From Callorhinchus milii (taxonomy: Eukaryota): a stretch of 64,000 bases of DNA. The DNA lies in the NCBI RefSeq assembly GCF_018977255.1, contig NW_024704743.1, positions 67,334,001 to 67,398,000 of the forward strand, in the 5' to 3' direction. The position numbers were made by a program, and so were the translations under genes. Of this stretch, positions 13,256 to 26,500 are shown in pieces; positions within the stretch are counted from its first letter, which is position 1, and each line of letters begins with the position of its first letter. The notes beneath the pieces were generated by a model. The model was not told the origin of the DNA, did not search any database, and saw nothing but the letters and a program-made list of their open reading frames with translations.

Positions 13256-14094
13256 TGGCTCTTACTTCATAAAGTAAAAAGCATGAGATGCTGCCAAACC
13301 AGGTTTATAATCTCTCCTGTGTTTTTTTTTGCATGTTTAATAACGCCAGTAATTTCTCCAAAATGTCTTCAGTTATTTTGACTTTTACTGACTCCCTCTC
13401 CAAAAGATTTTTTTGACAAAATAGGAGCGAAGTGGAGGGATGGTGCTGCTCATTCAGTGTTCTGCATTGTGTGATTGTGTGGTTGATTATTCTTGCAGGT
13501 CCACTCATGGGCATCTGTATGTGAAATGCTTCAGACAGTTACACAATTTATGTTGGTGGCGATAATTCCTCACATCAGAGAAACAACAGGGAGGTGACAG
13601 AAAGATAAAATAATTGAGATGAATGAAAGAGCGGGCCAGTTTCTGATGAAATCTCATTCTTTAGTCTCCTTGGCAGATTACAGTGGGCAGTAAGCCCCCT
13701 CCACCTTCCTCTTTCTCCCAACCTTCACACGTAGCCTTTCAATTTACAAGCAATTTCAAAGCACGTTTCCTGAAACATAAAAGCACTGGTCTAACTACTA
13801 GGCTATCAGTCTCAATGATAAAACTGTCTGTAATTTCACTCTTAAGTGTATCTAGTTTCTCCGCAAGCAGCCACTAAATTGCCAGACTCCCCAGTGTATT
13901 ATTACTTTTTACACAATATTAATATTATTCATGCAAATATTTTTTCTAAAATATATTTCAGTAAATTCACGACTTAATATCACCCTTTTAGAATCCCAGA
14001 ATTTCAACATTACAATATTATTGAATAATTTTACATCCGACCTTATGATTCAAAGTAAACCGTTTTTTAAAAAGGTTTCTACCACATATAATAC

Positions 14095-14412
14095 CATTTA
14101 TATTTGACACAGCACCTTACCATGTCAAAACACTTCAAAGTGCTTTACACAATTGGCTATTTTTTTAGAGTAGTGACTGTTTTTATATCAGCAACAGCAG
14201 GAGCCAATCTGTATAGCAATGAGTTGAATAATCATTTCTGCCAGTGAATTTGGAGAAACACTAGCCTTGATTTAACATCTCATCCAAAAACTGGCATCTC
14301 ATAGCACTCCTCAGCATTGAAGTGTCAGCCTGCATTAAGTTGTGGCATTTGAGTTGACCTTATGACTTTCTGCCTCACAGGCAAGAGTGTTACTGACTGA
14401 GCCAAACTGACA
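14095..14412 (-). mobile_element. Deu-domain SINE (family A), decayed
   Basis: Tail at ~14100 and head GAGTGTTACTGACTGAGCCAAACTGACA at ~14390. Confidence 0.65.
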
Positions 14413-16649
14413 AATGTCCAACATTGCATGTTTGCATTGGGTAAAATGGACTGTTTATTCATACTGTACTTTTCTGAGCGATCAATAGGATTTGACAAAC
14501 CATAAAAGAAAGCTTCAAATTTTCTTGTTGCATCCTTTTCATTTCAATTCTCATCTGTGCACCAATTTCCCCACTGAATGTGATGACTAAAATGCCTGAC
14601 AAGCCACTTCCTGAATCTTTTCAGTTTAAGAGACGTGTCCTTTTAAATAAAGGTTATCGCAGTTGGATGACTAAAAGAATTGTAATTGGAGAACTGGAAA
14701 GCACAAATAAAAATCTATTCGTTTCTAGCAAAATTAAAAGAGTTATTTTTCCCCTACACTTGTAGCTTAGCTCAGTTGGTACCACTTTCAATCCTGGATC
14801 AATACAATACAAAATACAAATTTACATTTATATGGCACTCTTCTCATTGGGAGGACACCCCAAGGGAGCAGATACATTGGGTAAAAGCCCTCATGTTGTG
14901 ACTTGAGCTCATGGTGTAAGTTTCTGTAATTAATGTTTTAAGTAATATCTCAAATTATATTTGCGATGTTTATATTGACATATGATCAATGACTGTGACT
15001 AGCTTCGAAAAAGATCCTTTCTCACGGAGGAGAAACAAAAGACTGTTTATAAACAACAAACTGTTTTCATTCCTTATCAGTCATTTTCTCATGGAAAAAT
15101 GATCTGCAGCTGGTTTAACATGAGAAAGAGCTATGTTGCATTTTATCTAAAGAACCCATCTTGCAAAAGACAATAGGTGAAAGGTCACCTATCCAACTGT
15201 ATAAACGGAGATCGATTCGGAAAGAGAATCAGAAGAAAGAATTGAAGGAGAGGGAACGAATTGGACGTGCCATAATAGAATTGGATGTGCCATGATACCT
15301 GGATACTTTCAAATGACTAATCATACAATAATACCTGGATACTTTTGGGTGATCGAACTGAGAAACGAACAACAGTACCTGGATACCTTTTGATGGACAA
15401 TTACACAGAATGTCACAGCACGAAAACAGGTCATTCGGTCCAACTAGTCCAACTGTGTTTATACTCCACACTATTCTTCAGCTACTCTCCCATAACTCTC
15501 TATTCTTTTGTCCCTCATTTATGCATCAAGTTTCCTCTTAAGCAGGCGATTGCTTTCAGTTATTGACTGGCCGACAGTGTGAGAATTATCACTGATGATA
15601 ATGAAAATATTTCAGGTCGTAAATTTCGGCCCCCCATAGGTTAAACCCTGCTGTCCAATTTGACATCAAATCTTGCATGTGGAAATATTTATGTACCACA
15701 AGCAGTGACAGGCTGAGAAGAGGAGATCCCATTCTGCAGTAACAATGTTTGTTATCACGAAGTGGATTAAGGTAGTACCTGTACAACGTATGAAATATAT
15801 ATCAGACTCTGCCAACCTCCTGGTGCATAGGCATGATACTCTGCATTGGCTGATGGTATAAAATGTGAAATCGATATGTGTACAGAGACAGGACTCGCAT
15901 CGAAGGGACTCTGAATTTGTAAAGAAAAGGTGTTTAATCATAAGCAATCGTGGACCATTAGCCCCAAAAAAGCAAAAAATTATTTGCTGAGTCTAAAGGA
16001 TGAATTAACTCAAGATTATCAGAAGACATGTGGAAAATTCTTTAGAGTCAATTAATTAGGGTGAATTCTTCTTCATATCTTCAAACAATTGAAGCGCACA
16101 GACTGCAAGTAACCTTGCTGAAGGACTCAAAACAGACTGCGCACATGGTGGCACTACAAGTCAATGCACATAAATTTCAATAGTTGAGAAATATTCACTG
16201 GTGTCCTAAAGGTGACGGCACATTTAGATGCTGTTATGGGATTGATAAAGTGCTCTTTGTGGAGGCAGTGTCCTTCCTTGTGCCTCATTGAAGGAAAAAG
16301 CACTTTGCAGCATAAACCGTGATTTCACTGGGGAAAGTGAGGCACTCTTTATTTCACGCCAACTCCCAACACATAAAATAACATGGACATAGAATGTACA
16401 GCACAAAACAGGCCATTTGACCCAACTATTCTGTGCCGGTGTTTATACTCCACATAAGCTTTCAATTCTCAGTTTGGTTTGGATACTCTTAAACATGGTG
16501 ATGGGTTTCCACATGGTCAGATACCTGGCTGACCAAAACAAAATGAACCTTCACCCATCCTAATCCCCTCTCTATATTCCTCTCTCATACCCCTACATGC
16601 CCTCAAATGGCAATGATATTAGCCGTCTTTGCCTTTAGTGACTTAACCT

Positions 16650-17388
16650 CACTAAGCCGGTTGGAACCTGGGTGTCTTTTTTGACCCTGACCTGTCCTTT
16701 CTCCCCCACATCCGCGCCATGACCGGCACTGCCTACCACCACCTCTGCAACATTGCCAGACTCCACCACTGCCTTACCCCTCAGGCTGCCCAAACCCTCA
16801 CCCACGCATTCGTCACATCAAGGCTCAATTATGGAAATTCCCTCCTCATCGGCCTTACCAACTCTTCCCTTCACAAGCTGCATATCATCCCAAACTCTGC
16901 AGCTCGTGTACTCTCATGCACCAGGCTCCATGATCCCATCACTCCCACCCTCGCCCAATTCCACTGGCTCCCCATCCCCCAGAGGATCGAGTTCAAGATC
17001 CTCGTGCTCACTTTCAAGGTCATCCATGGCCTTGCCCCCTCCTACTTCTCTGACCTGCTGACTCCCTACCAACCTGCCCGCTCCCTCCGTTCAGCGGGCT
17101 CTGGTCTGCTCCATGTCTCCCGCCCGACCCGCCCTACTATTGGCCGCCTGGGCTTTCAGCCTCTCTGCCCCTACACTCTGGAACTCCATCCCACGTTCCC
17201 TTTGCCTCGCTTCCTTCAAGGCCTTTCTCTTCGATCGTGCCTTTGATCGCCCTCCCACCTCTCTGCCTTCCCTCACCCCTACACCACCCCTCCCCCATGT
17301 TCAGGCTCTGACACCTGACTGTTCAGCGCTTTGGGACGTCCTCCCGACGTGAAAGGCGCTCTATAAATGTAATTTTGTTGTTGTTGTT
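16650..17388 (+). mobile_element. L2 LINE 3' fragment
   Basis: ORF 16719-17246 (HAFVTSRLNYGNSLL...HWLPIPQRIEFKIL) is the L2 ORF2 C-terminus; ends GCGCTTTGGGACGTCCTCCCGACGTGAAAGGCGCT...(TTG)n. Confidence 0.92.
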
Positions 17389-18156
17389 AAGGCTCTGAAC
17401 CAAACCAAGATCTCTTGAGAGCTCAAGTATCACGAGTCAGTGTGATGTTATAATATAATAACAATCCTTGCATTTGGTACAGTGCCTTTCAAGTCGGGAG
17501 AGAGTCTCAAAGTGCTTTGCAGGATTTTACTGTGAAAGTGGCGTGATTGTGTATTTGCAGATGAATAGGGTAGCCCATTTGCAAACTGCAATGTCCCACA
17601 AACAGTCATGAAGTGAATGATCATTTTTATTTGGGGGATTATTAGCCAGGACACGGGGAAAAACTCCTGATGAGGCCTTGCCCTGCTGAACACTCACTTT
17701 ATGTTCCAAAGCTCCTTTTCTGGTGACTTAAAACCAGGCATCAGGAGCATTACTGGTTACCTGAGGAGTGTTTTTCAATCACACTTAAGCATTTCTCCCT
17801 GCCTAATAGGCCATCCACCATACCCCAAAAATCAGTTATACCACAATTGAGTGGCTTCTCCATGGAATTGTTAGTATCCATGATTGAGGTTCACTGATGG
17901 CTCCACTTCACTACTCAAGGTGATGCTTGAAGGATGGTGGGATTGTCAGTGTCCCTCCTTTGGTGCCCCAGAAGGAAGTGTAAAGGAGAAAATAGGCAAA
18001 AAACATTTGAAAAACATTTTTCTTCAAAAGGTCTGACGCAGTGGTTAATAAGATTTCCAACTAAAAGCCCAACAATAAATGGAAACGCTTGTGAATGAAA
18101 CGTTGTCCCTGATGGTACAGTTGCCAATGGCTTTGCCCAGTGTACAATGATAGAAA

Positions 18157-18468
18157 ATAATAATAATAATCCTTGTATTTGATGTAGCGCTTTTCACGTC
18201 ATCTAGACATCTCAAAGTGCTTCATAGAATGTACTGTAAAGTGAATTAACTATATATCTGTGGGCAAAATGCGGCGGTCAATTGCGCGCAGCAGTATCCG
18301 ACAAATAGTTGTGGATTGACATGACCAATTTATTCTTTTTTTTTCTTGACAGATTATTATCAGGGGTGTGGAGTCAGGAGACTTACCCAAGATTTTTCCC
18401 TGTTGGGAATCGAACCCAGGTCTTTCGCTTACGAGACGAGTGCTCTAACCACTGAGCTACAGGGCTCC
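18157..18468 (-). mobile_element. tRNA-headed SINE, short variant (family B)
   Basis: Reverse complement of the 942-1253 family, more diverged. Confidence 0.88.
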
Positions 18469-19580
18469 AAAATAGGAAGTAATCACAAAGAAATCTGGAT
18501 TGATCGATCAAAGCAGACTCTATACTTCAGATGTGGGCTGTTTTGTGTATATTGTAACACACTGTGATATGGAAATGCTGCCATTGTCTCAGAGGCTGGT
18601 ACATATATCACCAAATAAATATATTGATGCATTACGCCTGTCTAGCAGCTGCACTACACATCATCAGCCATCATATCCCTGAACTGATAGGTTTGTCCTT
18701 GAGCAGCTGGCAGACTTGTTGCTCTATAAAGATACTGTGAGAAACAGTACACCTCAATGCCTTACAAATGACTGCTCCTTGGACTCCAACCAGGTTTAGT
18801 GAACATTAATCAAACAGAACTGGAATGGCTTGTTTTCAGGATGAATCTATGGTTTGATTCTGTAAAATTTCAATTTGGTGGAACTGCTTTTGTTCCAACA
18901 ATGTCAGCAGAAGTCAGTGAATAATAAAATATACCAGTTAAAAGCTCTGAATGTTTAAATAGTGCCTCACTGCTTTTACTTTGATTTTGCAATAGATTCT
19001 TGCCTTAAGATTTTTATGATGTGCCTGTCACAGGATTATTCTGCATTTGTGAGTTGAAAATCAATGCTGGGTTCTATTAAATAAAATATATTTAAAAAAA
19101 AATAAAGTTAACTAGAATTAAACCATTTAGACCAGAGAGCTATGCTTAGATTCCAATTCCTAGTGAAAAAAACAGTAAAAATCTTTACACTTGATATAGT
19201 GCCTTTCAAGTCTGGAGGATGCCTCAAAGCGCTTCACAGATGCACGGTGAAGTGTAGTGACTGTATTTTGTAGACAAACTCGATAGCCAATTTGTATATA
19301 CCCAACGCCCCACAGAGATATGAAGTGAATGACCAATTTTATTTGGGAAATTGTGGGTTAGAACACTAGGAAAAATATCTCGTTTATTTTTGAATAGTGC
19401 CATGGGATCTTTAATGTCCAATTGACCATGCAGATAGAACAAATTTGTGCTCATGAGGCCCTGTCGCCACTGAGTTTGATAGTTGTGGGTTCAAGCTCCC
19501 ACAGATGAGGCTGACACTCACAAGCAATGTTGGGGCAGCACTGCATTGTTAGTGTTGCCATCCTTTTGATGAGAAGTTAA

Positions 19581-19899
19581 TAATAATAATAATAATCCTT
19601 GCATTTGATATAGCGCATTTCACATTGGGAGGACGTCCCAAAGCGCTTCACAGAATATACTGTAAAGTGAATTGACTGTATATTTGTGGGCGAACGCGGC
19701 AGCCAATTGCGCACAGCAATGTCCCACAAACAGTCGTAGATTGAAAATGACCAATTTATTATTGTTTTTGGTTTTGGAGGGATTATTATTAGGCTCTGTG
19801 TGGTAAGGAAACCTGCCCAAGGTTTCGCCCTGCCTGGAATTGAACTCAGGTCTCTCACTTGCAAAGCGAGTGCTCTAACCACTGAGCTACAGGACTCCA
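19581..19899 (-). mobile_element. Young family-B SINE nested in an older Deu SINE, with AGTTAA target-site duplication
   Basis: Near-identical to 942-1253. AGTTAA occurs at 19575-19580 and 19900-19905, and the host Deu sequence resumes on the far side. Confidence 0.92.
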
Positions 19900-20064
19900 A
19901 GTTAAGCCGAAGTCCCATCTGCCTGTTCAGGAGGACATTAATGATACACAGTTTATACACTTCACAGTTTATACACTTCTTTGAGATGTCTCAACGACGT
20001 GATACGGTGCTATATCAAATGCAAGGATTATTTTATTATTATGTTATTACTGAGAATACTTTGA

Positions 20065-20437
20065 CCACCCACTGTGAGTCCCTTCATTCTCTGGCTTCTC
20101 CTTACCTCTCCGACCTCCTCACTCCCCAATCCACCACCTGATGTCTCCGCTTGACTGGCACCGGCCTCTTGCTCGTCCCTCGAACCCTCCTCCCCACCAT
20201 CGGAGGTCGGCACTTTTGACCACTACACCCCGAAACTCTGGAACACTCTCCCTCAATCCCTTCGCCTTGCCCCGTCTCTCCCCTCTTTCAAGTGCTGCCT
20301 GAAAACCTTCCTTTTTGACCGTGCTTACCGCCACCTCCCTCCCATCCCCCAGGCTCGGAGTCAGGTACCGCTACTGTTAAGTGCTCTGAAACACTACCCT
20401 GCGAGGAGGGTGCTATATAAGTGCAAGTTGTTGTTGT
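20065..20437 (+). mobile_element. L2 LINE 3' end (second subfamily)
   Basis: SLHSLASPYLSDLL...; tail GTTAAGTGCTCTGAAACACTACCCTGCGAGGAGGGTGCTATATAAGTGCAAG(TTG)n, shared with copies near 29075 and 52870. Confidence 0.85.
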
Positions 20438-22436
20438 GAGCATCAAATTCAAATTGGGGTGGTACAAAGGATTAGAATTAGAGTAAAACACTCTCTGTTC
20501 TGTCTCACCAATGTGCCTCAGACCTCTAAACACACCAGTGTGACATCCATTTCCCAAACCAACCATAGGTGACCCTTCCCCACAAGTGAGAGTGCTGATA
20601 TGAAGAGGATTATTCACTCTTAATTCACTTCGACGCTGTCTGTAGGATATTTCTGCCCTTGGTGTCAAATTAAGCGCAGTTCTGTTCTATAGATCAAAGT
20701 TCACCAGGAACTGTTTTGACAGTCCCAAACATCACTTCGGTAGCCAGCAGACCAGAACACTTTCATCTCATCACTTTTGGTCGAGCTCCAACCTGGGTCT
20801 CTCAGGTATGTTCCCACCATGCCATCCACCACTTTTTGTGTTTTGTTAAAAAATCAATATTAAAATACTTGCAGAACATTATCTTGAATAATTCCTTGAA
20901 TATAATGAGTCACTGAGCCGTGCCTTTTCACAGCTTGTTTCACCAGCAGCAATTCTGCCAGCAGCTTAAGGATAAGCTTCAGACTTCAAAGGAAAATCTC
21001 AGGTCTACTGAACTACTTAAAATGCACAAGGCACTGCTTAAATATTGAGATTGCTATTCAGAGCCTTAACTCTAAGACTTTACCACATTTTCAATATGTT
21101 GACATGCTTCTGTTTTCAACACAGGGCTATTTCCATTAAAAGGAGCACCATCAAAGCGCCATTTTGCAAAATAAGCCACCTGGAATATACTGAAATTGAA
21201 CTATTTCAAAACGGATTCATTAAAATTCATCAAACTGAGGTGAGTTTCACAGGACTGCAGTCTCAAATCCATCTGATTATTTTCAATGTGCCTGTCACTA
21301 TCTCTGCTCTCTTTTTGTGGTCAACCGGGTGTCTGACAATGTATAAAAGTATCCAAACCACTCTGAGAGTTCCATGTACATAACCTATACATAGACATTT
21401 GTGTGTCTGCTCTCTCCAGAAGCAATTAAGCTAACAAAAATTCCTACCCCTCAGACTCTGTAAGTATGTCTGTCAGCTAAGAAAGCTCATTGTATCTATT
21501 AGTTAGGGGTAAATCAAGGATAACAGCAACAAAAACAACTTGCATTTATATAGCGGCCTTCACAGAGAATAATGTATTGGAGCATTTCCCAGTGAAGTAG
21601 CAGGATTCTGAGCATATAGGAAAGTGGAGGGGGAGGAGACTATTAAAGAAAGGCACGATTAAAGAAATAGGTTTTCAGGTGGGATAAGGAAGAAAGATAG
21701 TGAGGGGGCGAGGAGGAGGGATAGACTTGGAGATGGAGAAAGGACAGGATCTTCTGCACACTGCAGCACAATATTCTTCCTGAATCTTCTTGAGCTCAAA
21801 CAAGGTTTTCCAAGCAAGTTTCTGAAACAAGAAAATCCAAATAGACTGATACCTGAGCCAAATTTCCCAATGGTGTAGAATGGAGACCAATGCCTTAAAA
21901 CTGAAGACCACAGGGAGTTTTGGAGAATTCTTAAATTCCGTCTGTTTTTCTGCACCGCTTTAAAAGATCTCTAGTAAACCGGATTCTAATTTAATTTTGC
22001 TCAATTTTGCTCAATTGCGCACAATAATCCTAAAACATTGAGAGATTTGAACCAGGTTCAACTAATCGTTTATATATAATCAAACTTGCTACTGCACTCC
22101 CAGTTTTGATTCATCACAAAACATCAAATTGAAACTGACAATATAAATAGGGCATAAATTCTGTGGTAATAGAATACTTTGGATACAGATGTAGCAAAAC
22201 AGTACTTCACTGTGTGTTTCAATGGAAAGGAAATGATTTTTGTTTCCACGTCAAAATATCCTTGAGAAGGCACTGTTCGATTTATGAGTGAAGACAGTGA
22301 ACTCTTTCGGACAGTTCGGACATTGAGTGATACAGTACAGAAAAAGGCCATTCAATTGATCTAGTCCGTAATCGTGTTTATACTCAACTAGAGCCCCACC
22401 CCTTCCATTTCCCTCTCCTATAACCTTTCTATTTCT

Positions 22437-22770
22437 GTTTAGTTTGTCTCAGTTGTAGTACTCTTGCCTCTGAGTCAGAATATTGTACGTTCACACCTGA
22501 TTTCGGTATTTGGAACTCATAGTCTATGCTGACACTCCTGTGGGGGCTGTGCTGCATTGTCAGAGGTGCCATCCTTTGGATGAGATGTTAATCTGAGCTC
22601 CCGTCTGCCTGTCCAGGTGGACATTAAAGATCCCATGGCACTATTCAAAAAGAGAAGGGATTTTCTCTTCCACGTCAAGGCCAAAAATGCCTCAAATAAA
22701 ACAGGTTCATTCACCTTATGGCTCTTTGTGGGACACTGAAAGACATTGCTGTGTGCAAATTAGCAAATTG
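22437..22770 (+). mobile_element. Deu-domain SINE (family A)
   Basis: Head CTCTTGCCTCTGAGTCAGAA; well-preserved Deu core CCCGTCTGCCTGTCCAGGTGGACATTAAAGATCCCATGGCACTATTC. Confidence 0.82.
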
Positions 22771-25211
22771 CTTTTTAATAATTGTGTATTAGCCACCTGA
22801 GGTACAAAACTTGAGGGTGCAATGACATGAAATGTAACAACTTTGACAATGGGATCTAAACACATGATTGACAGTAGGGGTTGCTATTTGTGTCTCTTGT
22901 TATGCATACCTGATTTGAGACCCTAATCTCAACATTTCTAGTGTCAAATTAAATATTACTCCTCTCATCCCTAAGATTTTGCAGTGAACTTAAACATGTT
23001 GACATCCACGCCACCATCAGTGGCTGAGCCTTCAGTTCTTACACCCCTAACCTCTAAACTCCCTCCCTTTATATCTCCATCTCGTACCCTCTCTTTCCCA
23101 TCTGAGATCCTACCTTGTTGAATGTGCCAACTTCCCCTCCCTTGCTCAGTGTCCAGCCCTGAAAAATCAAGACATTATCCTATGTGAAGGGTGCTATATA
23201 ACTGCTAGTTGTTGTTGTGGGTCTGCATTGTGTTGCTCTCATTTCATTGTGCAGAGAGCGCATCCTTCCCTGGTCTCATTGTCAATCTTACTGCTTCTAT
23301 CCCAGAAGTGTTGCATCGTGCAGCAAGAACCCCAATTTATCCATATATATCCTTTGAACCAGGTCTGGAAGAACAGATGGATTTGAGAGCGCTGCACATG
23401 TATATCTTGGTAAATGCACGGAACATTGAAATCTGGTGTTTGATCTTATTAAAGAGCTGCTCCAAGTGAACATCCCTTCAGTAACATTAACAACTATCAG
23501 CCGGCAGTTCCTGAGCCATTCATTCCAAGAGCTTTGAGCAACAACTTACATTTATATGGCACCTTTCACATAAATAGAGTCTCAAAGTGCTTTATAGAGA
23601 CTGTGCCGAACACCAGGAAGGAGGTAGAGGGTTGAGGTAATTGGAGGCAAGGGTCAAAGAAACAGGAGTGTCCAGGAGGGATTTTAAAGACAGATAAGGA
23701 GTGAGGTAATAGGATTTAGGAAGAGAAGAGAATTCCAGAGGGTGGAGGCATCATGGCCAAAGGCTCGGCTGCTGACATTGGGATGGAGGGGTCCGTGTTT
23801 GCTGAGTGGAGGAGGCAAGCAGAAGAATGAACCTAGAATAGGTCACAGAGGGTGTGTTAGACTTTGTAGATGAGTGAGGATCTTGAAGCTGATCTGCTGT
23901 GAGACAGAGATGCTACCCTGCGATAAGGGCAATATATAAATGCAACTTGTTGCTGTTGAGTCAGTGGATCTTGGTGAGGATGGGGGTGATGGGTATTCAA
24001 AGTAGTGAGTTCAGTGCAGTACAATATGTTTCCACTAAGTTTATACTATAAAAGGAGTGAAGTGCAAATTTCCAGAAACAAACCTCTTTCTTTCTCTTTA
24101 AATATAAATATGCTGTGCAAAGGTACACATTCTCTAAGATGGGAGGGGTATCTTTTATAAAAATGTCTGTGGGGGAATGGAATACCAAGAAAATGTTATG
24201 GCTTTGCTTTATGTGACAAAAGGCACTGTACTTGGCCAACTAGGTCAGTGTGATAACAACATTAAATGGTCAGTGAAGTGCTGTGAAGTGATAGGTCAGT
24301 CTGCACTGTTAAGCTGGAAACATAAGGTGTTTGCCAATTTAATGCAGTTTTTGACTGATGCTGTCAAAAGAATTGCCAGCTCGGATCAATACTTCTATTC
24401 TTAGTTCTTGCAGAGAAATGCCATACCACATATCAGAGTGAGATTAGCGAGTTAATTCACTTTAAATGGAGTTTTCCTCCAAAGTGTATTCACCTATACA
24501 AAGGTCAATAGACAATGAGAAAGAAGCAATAAAGGAATAATAACAAAACAACCCGTGCAGCGCAAAATAATGAATCCAATAGTTCAAAGATGGAGTCAAA
24601 ATAATAATTAAAAATATAATAAAATGATGCACCCAAACAGAGAGAAAATAACAATGTGCGACCAGGAACATTACAAAAGATCAGAGAGAGAGGAATTTTA
24701 TTATAGCAAGGAGGACTTTTTAAACACCTTGATTATTTCAGATTAAAAGATACGGTTTGCTGAAACTGAAATAGAACGTCCATGGATTGAAAAGTGTTAA
24801 AATATAAACAGGTAGGCACCAATTCCATTATCCACTGAAATGCGAAGTGTACACGCAATGGTGATTTATATTGCCCATACAAATAAAGTTGTTCTGTGCT
24901 AGGAGTGTGGGTCAGGTCCTTTCCAATAACATATGAAATGCAATTTAATCTGAAAGCAGTAAAGTTTTAGCAAAGGGGACTACTCAGTATTTGTGAGATA
25001 TTCTCACAAAACTTTACAGATGGGGAAAGTAGGGCTAGGTCTGAGCAAAATTCAGGCCAAGTTCAATGGGAAGTGAGAAGGGTAGAGCTGAACCACTATA
25101 AACATGCACCAACCGATCTGTTATTTTAAGATCTAATTTCTAATATTTCTAAAATAATGGCGGTGTTTCTCTGCTCCCTGGTACAAGTACTGACCATGGC
25201 TGCTGGCCTAT

Positions 25212-26500
25212 ACAATAACAACAACAAATTACATTTGCATAGCGGCTTTCATGTTGGGAAAATGTCCCAAGGCACTGGACAGTCAGGGATTTAGTCCAGC
25301 AATCAGAGAAGAGTCTTGAGATGGAAGGAGGCAAGGGAGGGAGCACGGCGAAGGAACTGTGGAATGGTGTTCCAAAGGTTGGGGGCAGAGAGGCTGAAGG
25401 CCCGATTGATAGTGGTGGGGCAGCCCGGGTGGGGGGACGTGGAGCAGGACACAGCCTGCTGAGCAGATGGTGGGGTGGTCAACGGTTTCAAAGGCAGCTG
25501 AGATGTCAAGGAGGACAACGAGACAGTATGGTCTCACATGGACAAAATGTCATTTGTCACTGTGACCAAGGCTGTTTCTGTGCTGTGGTCGGCATGGAAA
25601 CTTGATTGCAGGGGTTTGTATAGGGAGTGGCAGGAGAGGAAGGAGCGAAGCTGGGAAGCAGTGACTCATTCCAGGACCTTGGTAAGGAAAGTGAGGTTTG
25701 AGATAGGGCGGTAATTGGAGAGCAGGGATGGGTCCAGGGTAGTTTTTTGAGGATGGGGTGATGATGGATGTTTTTATTGTGGTGGGAACGATGCCAGTGG
25801 ACAAGGAAATGTTGATGATGTCTGTGAGTGGAGGGGCAAGGAGGTGGAGCTGGGTGGTAGGGAGTATGGTAAGGATGGGGTTGGGGAAGCAGATGGTGGG
25901 TTTCATATGGGTCATAATGGTGGTTAGAGAGGAGAGGGAGACAAGTTCAAAGGTTGGAGGGAGGGATGGGTAGGGGCTAGAGTGTGAGAGGGAGATGTGG
26001 AGGGGATAGTGGTCGGAATGATAGAGGCAGCTGAGTGGATCCCCTTGATTTTGGTCTCAAGGAAGTCCAGCATCTCCTCGCAGTTGGCGTTGGAGGAGAG
26101 GATGGGCGCGGCGTGAGAGGGTGGGTGGAGGAGCTGGTTGGTGGTGGAGAGACGGAGCCTGGGGTTTTCCTTGGCCTACAAGATTGCCTTGGAGTAGAAG
26201 GATGATTTAATGGAGGCGAGGGTGGAGCGGTAAGTTTTGATGTGATCCAGCCAGATCTCCGATGGACCATTAGGTTCGATTTGAGCCAGGTGCGTTTTAG
26301 CAGCTTGTACTTCTGCCCTCTGGGAGCGGGGGTGGCTGGTATACAAGGGTGAATTGCATGAGTAGGAGGCGGTTCGGGACATGAGGAGGGCAAGCACATC
26401 AAGAGTGGTGGAGAGAGAGTTATAGAGGAGAGTGACCGAGGAAGATAAGTCATTTGGGAGGAAGCCCAGAGGTGGAGGAGTTCAGACAACTCCAGGGCAT
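25212..26500 (-). mobile_element. L2 LINE fragment with a large internal deletion
   Basis: Linker and RT N-half (LTDIINISL; LVVLLDISAAFETVDH) fused directly to the C-terminal (L)CSAG segment near 25468; (TTG)n tail at ~25212. Confidence 0.88.

Noticed and set aside
15258..15390. CRISPR-like spaced repeats (ATACCTGGATACTTT x3, GAATTGGA.GTGCCAT x2)
   Set aside because: Repeats are only ~15 bp, spacing is irregular (36 and 44 nt), there are no cas genes and the context is a vertebrate intron.
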